A stretch of 64,000 bases of DNA from an uncultured Gemmatimonadales bacterium (lineage in GTDB: Bacteria; Gemmatimonadota; Gemmatimonadetes; Gemmatimonadales; GWC2-71-9), in assembly GCA_963739455.1 (NCBI GenBank), contig CAVUAK010000002.1:320001-384000 (forward strand). The letters are read 5' to 3'. Of the stretch, positions 22,033 to 34,594 are shown piece by piece. The position numbers were made by a program, and so were the translations under genes. The notes under the pieces are model-generated. The model did no database searches. It was not told the DNA's origin and was given only the letters and a program-made list of their open reading frames with translations. Positions within the stretch are counted from its first letter, which is position 1. Each line of letters begins with the position of its first letter.

Positions 22033-23775
22033 CGGCGTGGCCCCGATGGAGTGACGGCGACCAGCTTGGCCTGTAGCAATGGCGTGCCACTCCAGTCGTC
22101 ACTTTCCAGCCGGAATGCCACATCCACCGGCGCCTCGCCCGAGCCACGGCACCCGATCGGCCCAGCTGAACCCGATGCAAGGCAGTCGCGCGGTCCCGTC
22201 CTCGAGGACCCCCTTCAAGTGGCCATTCCCGACGCGCCGCTTCTGCGCGAAGCGCACGCCGCGCACCCCGAAAACCGGGCCCGGATTGCCTGCCCCCGTG
22301 GGCTCGAGGTGGCGGCCGAGGCGCTCGAGGTCGTCGGTGGCCTCCGCCAGTGGAAGCTCGATGTCGACGCGCTGCTCAGGGCCGAGTTCCTCGGGCGACA
22401 ACTGGCCCGCGACGAGCCCGTTGAAGCGCTCGCGGAACGCCTCCAGCTGATCGCGCCGGATGGTGAGGCCCGCCGCCATGTGGTGCCCACCGAACCGCTC
22501 CAGCAGGTCGCCACACTGCTGTAGTGCGGCGTGCAGGTCGAACCGGGAGATGCTGCGCCCGCTCGCGCGTCCCGTTTCTCCATCGAACGCGACGAGGAAT
22601 GTGGGTCGCCCGAACCGCTCGACCACGCGCGACGCCACGATGCCGACGACTCCGGGATGCCATGCGTCGCCGGAGAGCACCAGGCCGGATGCGTGCGTGC
22701 CACCCTGCTCCTCAACCTGTGTGAGTGCCTCCTCGAGCATCAGCTGGTCGAGGGCCTGGCGCTCGGTGTTGAGCACCTCCAGGCGTGCCGCGATGGCGGC
22801 AGCTTCCTGCGGGTCGTCAGTGAGGAGCAGGCGCAACCCTTCCATCGGCTCTCCGACACGGCCGGCGGCGTTGAGCCTTGGGCCGACGATGAAGCCCATC
22901 TGTCCTGCGCGGAGTTCCTTGCCCAGGAGCTTGGTGGTATTGAGCAGCGCGCGGAGACCTGCCCACCGGGTGTCGGCCATGAGACGGAGGCCATGCCGGA
23001 CGATGATGCGGTTCTCGCCCACGAGCGGCACCACGTCGGCCACGGTGGCGAGTGCCACCAGGTCGAGCAGGTGGAGCGGGAAGTGCTCCGGGAGGCCGAG
23101 TCGCGGCGCCAGCGCGCGGACCATCATCCACGCGATGCCCGCACCGCACAGGACCCCAAGCCCCGATTCATCGTCCGTCCGCTGGGGATTTACCACGGCG
23201 GTGGCGGGAGGAAGCTCCGGGCCGGGAAGGTGGTGGTCGGTGACGACGACCTTGATGCCGCTTGCCTCGGCGAGCTGCACCGTCTCGCGCGCATTGATGC
23301 CGCTATCGCAGGTGATGATCAGCCCCGCGCCGGCCGCCTGCGCCGCGGCAAGCCCGGACGGACCGAAGTCGTAGCCGTCGCGCAGCCGGTGCGGGATGAA
23401 GGGCACCACGGTGGCACCGGCAACCCGGAGCGTGCGTACCAGGATGGCGGTGGAGCACTGGCCGTCCACGTCATAGTCGCCGTTGACTGCGATCACCGTC
23501 CCGGCTTTCACTGCCGCGACGATGGCGTCCACCGCGCGATCCATGTCCTTGAGCCGGAACGGATCGGTGAGCTGGTCGAGCGACGGCCGGAGGAAATTCC
23601 GCGCCGCGTCCACCGTGGTGAAGCCGCGCTGCACCAGGAGTGCGGCAAGCGGCCGCGGCAGGTTGGTCGCGCCCGCCAGCGCGGAGACGAGTTCCGGTGC
23701 CGGTGGCGGCGTCACCACCCATCGCGGCGCGAGCTGCGGTGTCGCCAGTGCAGAACCGGCCCCGACGGCGGTCAC
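22029..23775 (-). CDS. recJ: ssDNA exonuclease RecJ (frameshift near 22140)
   Basis: GDYDVDG, TDHH, LATVADVVPL, PRLNAAGR, GGHHMAAG. Confidence 0.96.
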
Positions 23776-24494
23776 GCTGTTCCTTCGACCGGCGCTGGCA
23801 GGTAGAGGATCGCGCCACACACCTCACAGCCGTCGAGCAGGAGACGGTCGCGGATGTGCGCACGACGGCTGATGGGCACAGCGGTGAAGCAGACACTGCA
23901 GGAAAAGCCGGTGAGCGGCACGAGTGCGTTCGACGACTTCGAGTTGTGCAGGCGATCGTAGCGCGTGCGAAGGGGCCGGTCCAGCCGGGTGGCGCTCTCG
24001 CTCCGGGCGGCGAAGGCCACGCTCCGTTCCGCCTGCAGCTCGGCCCGCCGCGCGCCCAGCGCGGTCCGCTCGGCCTCCTGTGCTGCTCGGGCTTCCGCGA
24101 GTACCTGCTCCGCCGCGGCCTGCCTTGTGTCAAGCCGGCCGAGCTCCTCCGCCACTTGCAGCCAGTCCCCTTCCTCGCGCGCCAGCACCTGGCGCCCCAG
24201 GTCGATCTCGGCCGTCACCGCATTGGCCTCCTTCATGTTCTTCACCTGGTCAAGCCGCTGCTGCCGGCGCTGTTGCTGGAGCTTGGACTCCTCCACTCGC
24301 CGCATCAGCTCGTCTCGCCTGGCCGCTGCCTCGGCGGCCAGCCGTGTGCTCGTCTCCACCTCGAGGCCGGCACGCTTGAGGCGATCATCGAGCGCCGTTT
24401 CCGCCGCGAGAACGTCGGCGAGGGCGGTATCCACCGCCTTGAGGGCGAGATCCTTGGACTGAAGGTCCAGGAGCTTTTCCAGGTCAGGGTGCAT
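23772..24494 (-). CDS. Coiled-coil, C4 zinc-ribbon protein
   Basis: Long coiled coil, then CSVC...CEVCGAILY. Confidence 0.85.
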   Translation of the reverse strand: MHPDLEKLLDLQSKDLALKAVDTALADVLAAETALDDRLKRAGLEVETSTRLAAEAAARRDELMRRVEESKLQQQRRQQRLDQVKNMKEANAVTAEIDLGRQVLAREEGDWLQVAEELGRLDTRQAAAEQVLAEARAAQEAERTALGARRAELQAERSVAFAARSESATRLDRPLRTRYDRLHNSKSSNALVPLTGFSCSVCFTAVPISRRAHIRDRLLLDGCEVCGAILYLPAPVEGTA

Positions 24495-26308
24495 TCGATC
24501 TCCTTGGGGGCCGCGGGCCAATCCTGCCCGTCGTCCTGGTACGCATGATGTACTGCTTCCATTGTTTCGGGTACTTTGCGGCCAGCTCCTTCTTCAGTAC
24601 CAGTCGTTCCGACTCCAATGCCTCGGCGCCTGCCTCGTCGTCGGCACGCGACCCGCGCAGCGCGTGATACGCCATCAGCAGCGGCCGCGCCTCGAGGTCA
24701 AGGAGTGCCTCCGCATAGGTCGCATCAGCGTCGAGGCCGGCGGTATCCTCGGCGTTGAGCAGTTCCTGCGTCAGGCTCGCCGCGTCGGGGCTGATTCGCT
24801 GGAAGAGCTCCGACACAGGCGTGCCGTCGAGCAAGGCACCGAACACCTCGATGACCAGCGGATCGCGCAGCCAGGCAAGCTGTACCTCGGTACGCGCGCG
24901 CATCACGAGGTCCGGGTGCGCGAGCAGGAGACGGAGCATCGTGCGCTCCCCCACGTTGCCGCGCTTGCGGAGTCGCGGTTGCTGCTCGCGCGGTGGCGCC
25001 GCTTCGGGCGACGGATGGGTCACGACGGACGGCCCCGAGAGCAATTCGCGCTCGAGTACCTCCCGGCTCACACCGGAACGCTCGGCAACGAGGCCGAGGT
25101 ACAACTCACGCGTAATGGGATCGGTGGCCGCCCGCACCGTGGGCAGCAGCTTGTCGAGCGCTTCCCGTCGATGCTCCACGTCCCGGAACCAGCCGCGCCG
25201 GTCAAGCTCGAGGATCTTCCGCTCCAGCACGTCGATCGCATCGCGCAGGATCGGAGCGAGGGCCACCGCGCCGCCCTTCTGCACGATGGTGTCGGGATCC
25301 TCACCCGGCGGCAGCGTGGCTACGCGCACACGAGCGCCGTGCCGCAGGAGTTCGTCGCCCGCCCGGAAGGTGGCCCGCAGCCCGGCCGAATCGCTGTCGT
25401 ACAGGAGGATCGCCGCCGGCGCCACCCGCTTAAGGAGCGCCGCCTGCTCCGGCGTCAGTGCCGTCCCGAGCGGGGCCACCACGTGGTCGATGCCCGCCAG
25501 CACCAAGCGCAGCACATCGAAGTATCCCTCGACGACAATGACGACCTGCTCCTGGCGGATGGCCTGCCTGGCATGGTGCAGGTTGTAGAGCTGCCGGCCC
25601 TTGTGGAAGATTGGCGTCTCGGGTGAGTTGAGGTACTTCGGCTCACCAGGTCCAAGCAGCCTGCCACCGAAGTCCTACCGCCCGTCCACGAATGTCATGG
25701 ATCGGGAACAACAGCCGGTCACGGAAGCGCGCGTGCACCCGCCCGTCGTCACGCTGCACGGCCAGGCCCGACTCCACCAGCACCTGGTCCTTGATGCCGA
25801 GGCCGCGCATCGCATCCAAGAATGCTCCGCCACTGGGTGCGTAGCCGAGCCCGTGCGGCGCCGCGACCTCGAGGGCGATATCGCGCTTCTCGAGATACGC
25901 GCGCGCCCCGCCCGCATCGCCCGACTCGAGCAGCCTGTGGGCGAACCACTCCTGCGCGCTCGCCACCGCCCCGTAGAGCGGCTCGTTGGGGTCCGGTCCG
26001 ACCCGCTGCTGCTTCTCCGGCACGACGATCCCGGCCTTCCGCGCCAGTTCGCGCACCGCCGTCGGGTAGTCCATCCCGAAGCGCTTGATCATGTAGGAGA
26101 AGACGTCACCTGCTTCATGACAGACGTAGCAGTAGAAGAGCCCCTTCCGCGGAATGACGGCGAAGTTGCGATGGGTGCCTCCGTGGAACGGACAGCAACC
26201 GCGCCAGTCACTGCCGGTCCGCTTCAGGTCCACCGATTCTCCCACCAGGGCGAGAATATCCGTGGCGTCCTTCACCTGCTCGATGATCTCGTCGGGAATG
26301 AGGCTCAC
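24484..26308 (-). CDS. dnaG: DNA primase (frameshift near 25675)
   Basis: CPFH...CYVC zinc finger, RFRDRLLFPI, KYLNSPETP, VEGYFD, YDSDSAG. Confidence 0.96.
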
Positions 26309-28759
26309 GGCGAGAACTCCGCGATGGTGACGCCGGTGCCGCCCTGCTGCCGCGGGGCAAAGTCGAACTTTGCCACGCGGCGGTCGCGCTGCAGCACGCG
26401 ACGCACCCGCTCCCGTACCACGCCGGTTCCCATGCCATGAATGATGCGCAGGAAGGGCAACTCCGCCAGCACCGCGGAGTCAACCGCGGCGAGCGTGGCG
26501 CCTTCCGCCTCGTCTCCGGTCATTCCCCTCAGGTCCACCTCTACTGCCGCATCATGACTCGGCGCATCGCCCGAGGCCTGCGCGGCGCGGTCGCGACGCT
26601 CTTCGCGCCGACCAAGCAGCTGTACGCCGTCGGGATCGGCCACCATGCGCATGGAGCCCACGGCAACCACCAGCTTGCCGTCCGGCCGGATCTCCAGCAC
26701 ATCACCCACAGGTCCCGTTGCAAGACGCACCCGCTGCCCCGCCGACAGCGCTGAGGGCAATCCACCTCCCGCCGACGCAGGAACCACATCTTCGGTGCGC
26801 TGGAGTGACGCAGCCGCCTCTTCCAGCGCGCGGCGCGCGGCGCGCGCCGATTCGTCATCCGCTGATGCCCTGGCGGCCGCGATCGCCGACTCTACTTCCT
26901 TGCGGGCATCGAGCAGGTAGCGCTTCGCCTCGGCGCGCGCCCGTCTGTCGGCATCCTTCTCTCGAGCTGACAGGTCCTTCTCCCGAACGGCCTGACTCTC
27001 CGCCTGCACACCCAGCTTCGCCTGCAACGCTTCCACCACCGACTCGAGCTCGGCCATGGCCGCGGTGCGCCGCTCCAGTTCTCCTTCGCGTTCCTCGGCG
27101 CGGGCCAGCAGACTGTCCAGCCGGCGGACCTCATCTGACACACGACTCTCTGCGTCCGACAGGACCGTGGCGTCGAGCCCGAGCTTCCGGGCTATGGACA
27201 ACCCATACGACCTGCCGGGAACGCCCTTTCGGAAACGATAGGTCGGGCTCAGCGTCTCGGTGTCGAACTGGAGCGACCCGTTCACGATGCCCGGCACTTC
27301 CGCGGCGAGCGACTTGAGTGCGCCAAGGTGCGTCGTCGCCAGCGTGAGCGCCCCGCGACGGGTGAGCTCGAGCAGGACGGCTGCGGCGAGCGCGGCTCCC
27401 TCGGCGGGATCGGTACCGCTCCCCACCTCATCCAGTAGCACCAGCGTGCCGCGGTCGGCCCGGGCGAGCATGGTGCGAAGCGAGGCCAGGTGGCCACTGA
27501 AAGTCGAGAGACTCTCTGCGAGCGACTGACGGTCGCCGATGTCGGTGAACACCTGCGTGAAGAGCGGAACCGCGGTACCGCGACCGGCAGGCGGTACGAT
27601 GCCGCTCTGTGCCAGCAGTGCCACGAGCGCGGTGGTCTTGAGCATTACCGTCTTGCCACCGGTGTTCGGGCCGCTGATCAGCAGGGTGCGCTCGCCGCCA
27701 TGCATTTCGAGCGAGAATGGGATCACCACAACGCCGCGCGCCAGGAGGAGCGGGATGTCGCGCGTCGAGCAGCTGCAGCGGCTCGCCCGCCGCCACCATT
27801 TCTGGCACCTCGCCCAGCACCGCCACGGCGTACCGGGCGCGCGCAACGAGGTCATCCACCTGGATGCACATCTCCAGCGCATCGGTGAGCACCTCTCGCG
27901 CCGGCCGGAGGATTGCGGTGAGCTCGCGCAATACGCGCAGCACCTCACGCTCTTCCTCCGCCTGCGCCTCCCGATAGGCGTTCCCCAGTTCCACCGCCTC
28001 GGAGGGTTCGACGAAGAGCGTCCCGGCGCTGGCCGACTCATCGTGAACGATGCCACCGGGGCGCGAGCGCGAGTCGCGCCGCACCGGGATCACGTAGCGG
28101 CCACCGCGGACGGTGACGCCGGCATCCTTGATGGTGGCCTGCGCGTCGAGCCCGCGAAGGATTCCCTCCAGCTTCCGCACCAGCCGCTGCCGGGCCGCCT
28201 GGATCTCCCGGCGCGCGGCAGCGAGCGCGGGGCTCGCCGTGTCGAGCAGTTCCCCGTCGTCGCCTACCGAGAGCTCGAGTCGGCGATCGATCGCCTTGTC
28301 GGGTAGTGGCACTGCCAGTGCCGCGGCGCGCGGTGCCTGGTCCGCGACCCGACGGAGCTCCGCATCCACCAGCCGGGATGCACTGAGCACGACTCGCAGG
28401 TCGCGCAGTTCAGCGAGCTCGAGCACTGAACCCTCGATGCGAAGGCGCGCGAGGGCGCGGCCGAGGTCGGGCACCGGCTCAGCGACCAGCTTGTCGCCGC
28501 GACGGAACACCGCCGCCACCTCACCGACCAGCGCCAGCTCTTCCCTGATCCAGTGGAGATCCGCCGTGGGACGCCGGTCGCGTACCCGGGCCGCACCGAG
28601 TGGCCCCGCGGCGTGGCCCGCCACTGCACCGAGGACTTCGTCAAACTCGAGATCGGCCAGCGCCGCGTCGATGGCGGCCCCGGGTAAGCGCGAAGGGGTG
28701 CCCGCCGATGTCCGGCTGGGCACCCCATCGGTAGCCGACTGCACCTGCGAGTGGCTCAC
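26305..28759 (-). CDS. mutS2: MutS2 endonuclease (frameshift near 27755)
   Basis: SGPNTGGKT, DEVGSGTDP, TTH, and C-terminal Smr domain IIHGMGTG. Confidence 0.95.
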
Positions 28760-29196
28760 GCGCGCTGCAGCTCCTCGCGCACAATCTGGTTGATCACCTT
28801 GCCATCGGCCTTTCCACGGAAGGCCGGCATCACCACCGCCATGACCTTGCCGATGTCGGCAGCACCACCCGCAATGGCCGCGCGCACCGCCACCCTGATC
28901 TCTTCAGGGTCAGCCTCGGCGGGAAGGAACTCTTCGATGACCGTGATCTGCCCCTGCTCCACCGCGACGAGGTCGAGACGCCCCGCCTTCTCGTATTGCT
29001 CGATCGACTCGCGACGGGTCTTCACGCCCTTCCGGAGCACATCGACCGCGTCCTCGTCGGTCAGCGCCCGGTTCAGCTCGATCTCGCGATTCTTGAGGTT
29101 GGACAGGATCGTGCCGAGAAGCAGGGTGCGGTCCTTCGACTGCGCCTTGCGCGAGGCGGTCATCGCGGACTGGACCCGCGCGAGGAGATCAGGCAT
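28756..29196 (-). CDS. GatB/YqeY domain protein
   Basis: KTRRESIEQYEKAGR...IGKVM...GKADG. Confidence 0.9.
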   Translation of the reverse strand: MPDLLARVQSAMTASRKAQSKDRTLLLGTILSNLKNREIELNRALTDEDAVDVLRKGVKTRRESIEQYEKAGRLDLVAVEQGQITVIEEFLPAEADPEEIRVAVRAAIAGGAADIGKVMAVVMPAFRGKADGKVINQIVREELQRA

Positions 29197-29250
29197 GGAA
29201 GGAATATCGGAGTTTAGCCGTGGTCGGAACGGGAGACAAGCGAACGCCGG

Positions 29251-29598
29251 TCAGCCCGGCGGCCAGTGCAGCTGGCGCCCGCCGAGCAGGTGCAAGTGCA
29301 GGTGGTGTACGCTCTGGCCGCCATGGTCGCCGGTGTTGGTGACGATCCGGTAGCCGCCGGCATCCAGCCCAAGGTTGCTGGCCACCTTCGCGGTGAACGC
29401 CAGCATGCGGCCGAGCAGCGCCTCACCGTCCGCGCCGGATGCGTCGCGCACCGACTCGAGATGCTTTGCTGGAATCACGAGCACATGGGTCGGTGCCTGG
29501 GGCTGGATGTCCCGGAAAGCGATCATCTCGCTGTTGCGCTCGACGATGCTGGCTGGAATGTCGCCCTGGGCAATACGACAGAAAATGCAGTCGGGCAT
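29251..29598 (-). CDS. HIT family nucleotide-binding protein
   Basis: CIFCRI, GQSVHHLHLHLLGG. Confidence 0.95.
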   Translation of the reverse strand: MPDCIFCRIAQGDIPASIVERNSEMIAFRDIQPQAPTHVLVIPAKHLESVRDASGADGEALLGRMLAFTAKVASNLGLDAGGYRIVTNTGDHGGQSVHHLHLHLLGGRQLHWPPG

Positions 29599-29615
29599 GA
29601 AAGCTCCGGGAAGAT

Positions 29616-30317
29616 TCAGCGGTGGCGTGCGGTCTGGATCAGCACGGCAGCGGCGATCGCCGCGGTCTCAAAGCGCAGTGTCAACGGCCCGGCGGAGACG
29701 GGCACGAAGCGCTGGGACAGCACCGCCGACCGCTCGGCGTCGCTCAGGCCACCTTCTGGTCCTATGAGCGCGCAGGCGGGGGACGTGGCGTCGATCGCCG
29801 GCGCGGATGTCCCGGCGGCATCGAGCACCCAGCGGGCACCGGCACCTGCCCCCCGGAGGAACGCGTCGAGCGATTGCGCCTCGCGCAGCAGCGGCACCCA
29901 GGCACCACCACATTGCTTCAGTACTTCACGAGCACGCCGCCTGAGCTTGTCCAACTGCTCCGGCTTGAGCCCTGTCGCAACGCCGCGCGTACGCTCCGTC
30001 TCCAGCGGAATGATCTCGGTAACGCCGAGCTCAGTGCCCTTCTCCACCAGCCATGCGAACCGGTCGCGATCGCCAGCGCCAACCCCAAGCACGATGGGCA
30101 GCGGCGCCGGTACCCGCTCCAACGCGGAGACGGCAAGGTCGAACCCGCGGCCCCGGGCCTCGAGGTGGCCAGTGCCACGCGTGCCGGCGCCGTCGGTGAA
30201 TGCGACGTCGGCTCCGGCGGCAACCCGCCGCACCTTCAAGTGATGCTGTTCGTCGTCGTCGAGGGCTACCATGTCGCCAACCACCGCGACACCAGGAGGA
30301 ACCAGGACCAGCGTCAC
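29616..30317 (-). CDS. rsmE: 16S rRNA m3U1498 methyltransferase
   Basis: EKGTELGV, IGPEGG, LRFETAA. Confidence 0.93.
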   Translation of the reverse strand: MTLVLVPPGVAVVGDMVALDDDEQHHLKVRRVAAGADVAFTDGAGTRGTGHLEARGRGFDLAVSALERVPAPLPIVLGVGAGDRDRFAWLVEKGTELGVTEIIPLETERTRGVATGLKPEQLDKLRRRAREVLKQCGGAWVPLLREAQSLDAFLRGAGAGARWVLDAAGTSAPAIDATSPACALIGPEGGLSDAERSAVLSQRFVPVSAGPLTLRFETAAIAAAVLIQTARHR

Positions 30318-31145
30318 TCAGCGACGGGCGGCGACCGCCCACCAGCCGGCGTCGCGCGCTTCGTCAACGACGCTGAATCCGGCGGCGGAGAGTTCGGGGA
30401 GAAACAATGGCTCCTCAGGCTCTTCCATGCCGGAGAAGATCGCAATGCCGCCGGGGCGGAGCGACGCGAGGATCTCGGGAAGGAGCGCCACATTGACGAC
30501 GCGCAGGATGTTGGAGAGGACGAGATCCACCGGCGCAAAGAGCGGTGCGACATCGGCGGCATCGCCGTGAATGAACTGCACCTGGTCGGTGACACCGTTG
30601 TGCTCGGCGTTCCGCTCCGCCACGGGGACCGACTCCTCATCCACTTCCACCCCGACGGCCCATGCCGCGCCCAGCTTCACCGCCCCGATGCTGAGGATCC
30701 CGCTCCCGCTGCCAAGATCGAGCACGCGATCCTTGAGCTTCACGTGGCGATCGAGCAGCGTGAGCGCCGCTCTTGTCGAGCCGTGCTCCCCGCTGCCAAA
30801 AGCCGTCTCGGGGTCGAGGATGACGCGGGGCCCGCTGCCGGCCGACTCGGCGAGCCAGGTGGGTGATAGCGTGAGCCGGCCGAATTGCCGCACGATGATG
30901 CCGTCGCGCCACGACGTGCTCCAGTCCACCTCGGGCACGACACGATGGACCACCGTCAACGGTGACTCGGCAAAGCCGCGCAGCGCACGATCGAGCATGC
31001 CGGCCGCTTCGGTGGTACCCGCGTAAGCCACGAGGGTGCCATCGTCACGCTCCTCGATGGCGTGACCAGTCTGCTCGACCAGCCATGCGCCGAGCCGAAC
31101 GCGCGACTCCGGTGCGGTATTCACCTCGATGGCAACCCAGCTCAT
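30318..31145 (-). CDS. prmA: Ribosomal protein L11 methyltransferase
   Basis: [25 protein letters not shown]; lies downstream of dnaJ. Confidence 0.92.
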   Translation of the reverse strand: MSWVAIEVNTAPESRVRLGAWLVEQTGHAIEERDDGTLVAYAGTTEAAGMLDRALRGFAESPLTVVHRVVPEVDWSTSWRDGIIVRQFGRLTLSPTWLAESAGSGPRVILDPETAFGSGEHGSTRAALTLLDRHVKLKDRVLDLGSGSGILSIGAVKLGAAWAVGVEVDEESVPVAERNAEHNGVTDQVQFIHGDAADVAPLFAPVDLVLSNILRVVNVALLPEILASLRPGGIAIFSGMEEPEEPLFLPELSAAGFSVVDEARDAGWWAVAARR

Positions 31146-32281
31146 GCCCCCAGTACCTCCTTGATCTTCGACCAGAGCCCGCTCGAACGGCTCGGCGGCT
31201 CCCCTTCATGCGCTGCCAGCTCACGGAACAGGCGGCCCTGCTCATCGGTCAGGCTGTCGGGCGTCCACACATGCACACGCACATGAAGGTCGCCGCTGCC
31301 GCTCTGCCCAAGCCGCGGTAGTCCCTTGCCCTTGAGGCGCACGACGGTGCCCGACTGGGTCCCCGCCGGCACCGCAACGACAGCCTCGTCGGTTGCTGTC
31401 GGCACCCTGAACTCCGCCCCCAGTGCCGCCTGCGAGAACGAAACGGGCAACTCGACCAGCAGGTCGTCGCCCTGTCGCTCGAACCGCTCGTCGTCCTTCA
31501 CCTCGAGCATGACGATGAGGTCGCCGGCCGGACCACCACGCACGCCTGCCGGCCCCTGGCCACGGAGCGTGATGTAGTTGTTTGACGACACGCCGGGCGG
31601 AATTTCGACCGTGACCGATCGATCAGCCCGCACACGACCGTCGCCCCGACACACCTCGCACCCTTCCTTGATGATCTCGCCCTCACCACCGCACGTGGGA
31701 CAGGGGCTCACCGACACGAACTGGCCAAACACACTGCGCGCCTCGCGGCGGACCTCGCCTGCGCCGGAACAGGTGGGGCACCGCTGCGGCTTGCTTCCCT
31801 TCCGCGCGCCCGTGCCGTTGCAGTTACTACACCGATCGAGCGTCTTGAGCTTCACCGCTCGCTTGGCGCCCCGGGCCACTTCCTCGAGCGTGAGCCGCAC
31901 CGTCACGCGCATGTCCTGGCCGCGCCGACCATCGCCGGGTGCGCGACGCTCTCCCCCACCGAACATCGACTCGAAGCCGCCCATGCCCCCGAAGTCGCGC
32001 ATGAAGATGCTGAGCGCCTCGGCGAGGTCGACGTGATGGAAGCCACCCGGAGCACCCCTGCCCCCATTCAAGCCCGCCTTGCCGTAACGATCGTATGCTG
32101 CCCGCTTCTGCGGGTCGCGCAGCACCTCGTACGCCTCGGTGAACTCCTTGAAGTGCGCCTCGGCGTCGGGCGCGCGGTTGCGATCGGGATGGTACTCCAT
32201 CGCCAGCTTGCGATAGGCCTTCTTGATGTCCGCGTCCGAGGCATCACGTGGCACGCCGAGCAGCTCGTAGAACTCGCTCAC
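31142..32281 (-). CDS. dnaJ: Chaperone DnaJ
   Basis: HPD J-domain and four CxxCxGxG repeats. Confidence 0.98.
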   Translation of the reverse strand: MSEFYELLGVPRDASDADIKKAYRKLAMEYHPDRNRAPDAEAHFKEFTEAYEVLRDPQKRAAYDRYGKAGLNGGRGAPGGFHHVDLAEALSIFMRDFGGMGGFESMFGGGERRAPGDGRRGQDMRVTVRLTLEEVARGAKRAVKLKTLDRCSNCNGTGARKGSKPQRCPTCSGAGEVRREARSVFGQFVSVSPCPTCGGEGEIIKEGCEVCRGDGRVRADRSVTVEIPPGVSSNNYITLRGQGPAGVRGGPAGDLIVMLEVKDDERFERQGDDLLVELPVSFSQAALGAEFRVPTATDEAVVAVPAGTQSGTVVRLKGKGLPRLGQSGSGDLHVRVHVWTPDSLTDEQGRLFRELAAHEGEPPSRSSGLWSKIKEVLGA

Positions 32282-33324
32282 GCGAGGAGTCCCTCCACCA
32301 GCAGGCTCGTATGGTCTACCAGGCTGACGATCTTGTCGTACGGCATGCGTGTCGGTCCCATGACGCCGATGACCCCGCTGAGGTCCCCGGCACGGTATGA
32401 AGAAGTGACGAGCGTGAATCCGGCCAGCCGCGGATCGGCGTTTTCGCCGCCGATGGTGATGGTGAGGCCGCGGCGCCGATGCGCCTCGAGTGCGGCGCCA
32501 AGCGTGTTCCGCTCCTCGGTGAGCTCGAGAAGGTCCCGCATGCGGGCGTTGTTCCCGGCAAATTCGGGCTGGTCGGCGAGCGGCCGCGCGCTGCCCAGCA
32601 TCAGCGAGCCGGGATCGTCGCGCAGGTCGAACAGCTCCTCGCCCTGTGACACGAAGATGTTGAGCAGGTCGCGCTCACCACCGGCGTCTTCCGCATCCCT
32701 GAGGCGCATGGGCAGCGTTGTCCTGATCTCGCGCAGCGTGAGGCCGCCGAGTCGCTCGTTCAGGATCTGGCCAACCCGCTGCACGGCACTCGGTGCCAGG
32801 CTGCTCGGCACCTGGACGAAGATGGTGCGTACTACGCCGCTTCGAAGATTGAACACGAGCAGCAGGCGATCCGACGCCACGGAGACGAGTTCGAGCCGCT
32901 CCATGACGACGGCATCCAGGGCGGGTGCCACCGCCACGCCGAGCTCCTGGGTGAGGACGCCGAGGACCTGCGCTGCGCGGCGGAGAATGTCACCGACGGC
33001 GTTGGTTGCCGGGGGCGGCTGCAGTTCCTGCCGCAGCACCTCCCGCTCCTGTGCGGTTGGTGGAGCCAGGCGTGCCAGCCCATCGACATAGGTGCGATAC
33101 CCGCGGTCAGTTGGTATGCGCCCCGCCGACGTGTGCGGGTGGTACAGGTAACCCTTGTCCTCCAGCTCGCTCATGGTGCTGCGAATGGTGGCGGACGACA
33201 CCCCGAGTCTCGAACGCCGGGCAACAGCATGGCTGCCGGCAGGTTCGGCGGTATCGATGTACGCCTGAACCACCGCCTCCAACACCCGGCGTTCCCGCTC
33301 GTTCAGTCCCTCAGGTGCAGTCAT
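32278..33324 (-). CDS. hrcA: Heat-inducible repressor HrcA
   Basis: [26 protein letters not shown]. Confidence 0.96.
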   Translation of the reverse strand: MTAPEGLNERERRVLEAVVQAYIDTAEPAGSHAVARRSRLGVSSATIRSTMSELEDKGYLYHPHTSAGRIPTDRGYRTYVDGLARLAPPTAQEREVLRQELQPPPATNAVGDILRRAAQVLGVLTQELGVAVAPALDAVVMERLELVSVASDRLLLVFNLRSGVVRTIFVQVPSSLAPSAVQRVGQILNERLGGLTLREIRTTLPMRLRDAEDAGGERDLLNIFVSQGEELFDLRDDPGSLMLGSARPLADQPEFAGNNARMRDLLELTEERNTLGAALEAHRRRGLTITIGGENADPRLAGFTLVTSSYRAGDLSGVIGVMGPTRMPYDKIVSLVDHTSLLVEGLLA

Positions 33325-33443
33325 GACAGCAATTTACGGGGTTGGGTGGGGTCAGGAGAAGCGCTGACAGCCAGCCTGACAGGTCCGGGCCGCCGATCCG
33401 ACAGGCACGGCCACAAGAGAAGCTGATAGGGCAAGGGACGTGC

Positions 33444-34544
33444 TCACGCGACCGATCGAACGAGCGCGTCAAGCCGGAGCCAGCCCTCTGCGGTGAGACG
33501 GAGTGTCCGGGCGGTCTCTTCTGCCCAGCCGTTGGCGACCCAATCGCGGCGCGCGCCCTCGGGGACCAGGTCGGCAGCGAGCCCCTCCGAGGTGCGGAGC
33601 CCGAGGTAGAGTGCCTCGAGTCGCAACTGCGCTTCGTTCAACTCCTCCCCCTCCTCAGCCACGACCACGCCTTGATCAGTCAGGCGCTCATAGTTGGCCC
33701 ACTCCCGCACGTTCCAGGAGCGCCGTCGATCAAGCGCAGAATGTGCCGAGGGTCCGAGCCCGATGAACGGTGCGCGCCTCCAGTAGGCGCTGTTGTGCCG
33801 CGCGCGATAGCCGGGGCGTCCCGCATTCGAGACCTCATAGTGATCGAGGCCTGCCGCGCGTAGCGCCTCATGCGCAACCAGGTACTCCGCCGCGTAGCGC
33901 TCATCTGGCGGTGGCGCGCTCTCTCCTCGGGAGGTCCACTTGCCGAGTGGGGTGCCCTCCTCCACGGTGAGACCATAGAGCGAGAGGTGCTCCGGGTTCA
34001 GCGAGAGGGCCAACTCGAGGTCTCGCGCCCAATTGCGCGCCAGTGATTCCGGGAGGGCGAAGATGAGGTCGACGGAAATGTTCCTGAACCCGGCACCCCG
34101 CAGCGCCGACATGGCGACCGTAACGGCCGCCGCATCGTGCGTACGGTGCATCCAGGTGAGCACGGCATTGTCGAATGACTGGACGCCGAGTGAGACGCGG
34201 TTGATGCCGGCCCTGATCCACGCTGCTGCGTTCGCCGGAGTGACATCCTCCGGGTTGGCCTCGAGCGTGATCTCGACGTCCGGATCTGCCGGGCGATCAC
34301 TGCGGACCCGGTCGAGGAGACGAGCGAGTTCCGCCGCATCGAGATGAGACGGTGTGCCACCGCCAAGGTAGATGGTCGCCAGGGACGGAGAATCGATCCA
34401 CGCTCCGTGCGGCTGCCAAGCTTGCCATTCGGCGAGCACCGCATCGACGAACTTCCGCGACGGCACTTCGCGCCGCACGGCGATGGCGAAATCGCAGTAG
34501 CTGCAGCGACGGGCACAGAAGGGAACGTGAACGTAGAGATGCAC
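33444..34544 (-). CDS. hemW: Radical SAM heme chaperone HemW
   Basis: YVHVPFCARRCSYCDF, GGGTPS, YEVSN, HNSAYW. Confidence 0.92.
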   Translation of the reverse strand: MHLYVHVPFCARRCSYCDFAIAVRREVPSRKFVDAVLAEWQAWQPHGAWIDSPSLATIYLGGGTPSHLDAAELARLLDRVRSDRPADPDVEITLEANPEDVTPANAAAWIRAGINRVSLGVQSFDNAVLTWMHRTHDAAAVTVAMSALRGAGFRNISVDLIFALPESLARNWARDLELALSLNPEHLSLYGLTVEEGTPLGKWTSRGESAPPPDERYAAEYLVAHEALRAAGLDHYEVSNAGRPGYRARHNSAYWRRAPFIGLGPSAHSALDRRRSWNVREWANYERLTDQGVVVAEEGEELNEAQLRLEALYLGLRTSEGLAADLVPEGARRDWVANGWAEETARTLRLTAEGWLRLDALVRSVA

Positions 34545-34594
34545 GGGCGTAAACCTAGCTACTCACCTCCCCGCCCTTCCCCGCCTCCCCGCCC

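Noticed and set aside
1787..28759. Pseudogenes or programmed frameshifting
   Set aside because: The breaks are scattered through essential genes with no shared slippery motif noticed; sequencing indels are the simpler explanation.
33325..33443. CIRCE operator upstream of hrcA
   Set aside because: No TTAGCACTC-N9-GAGTGCTAA match seen.
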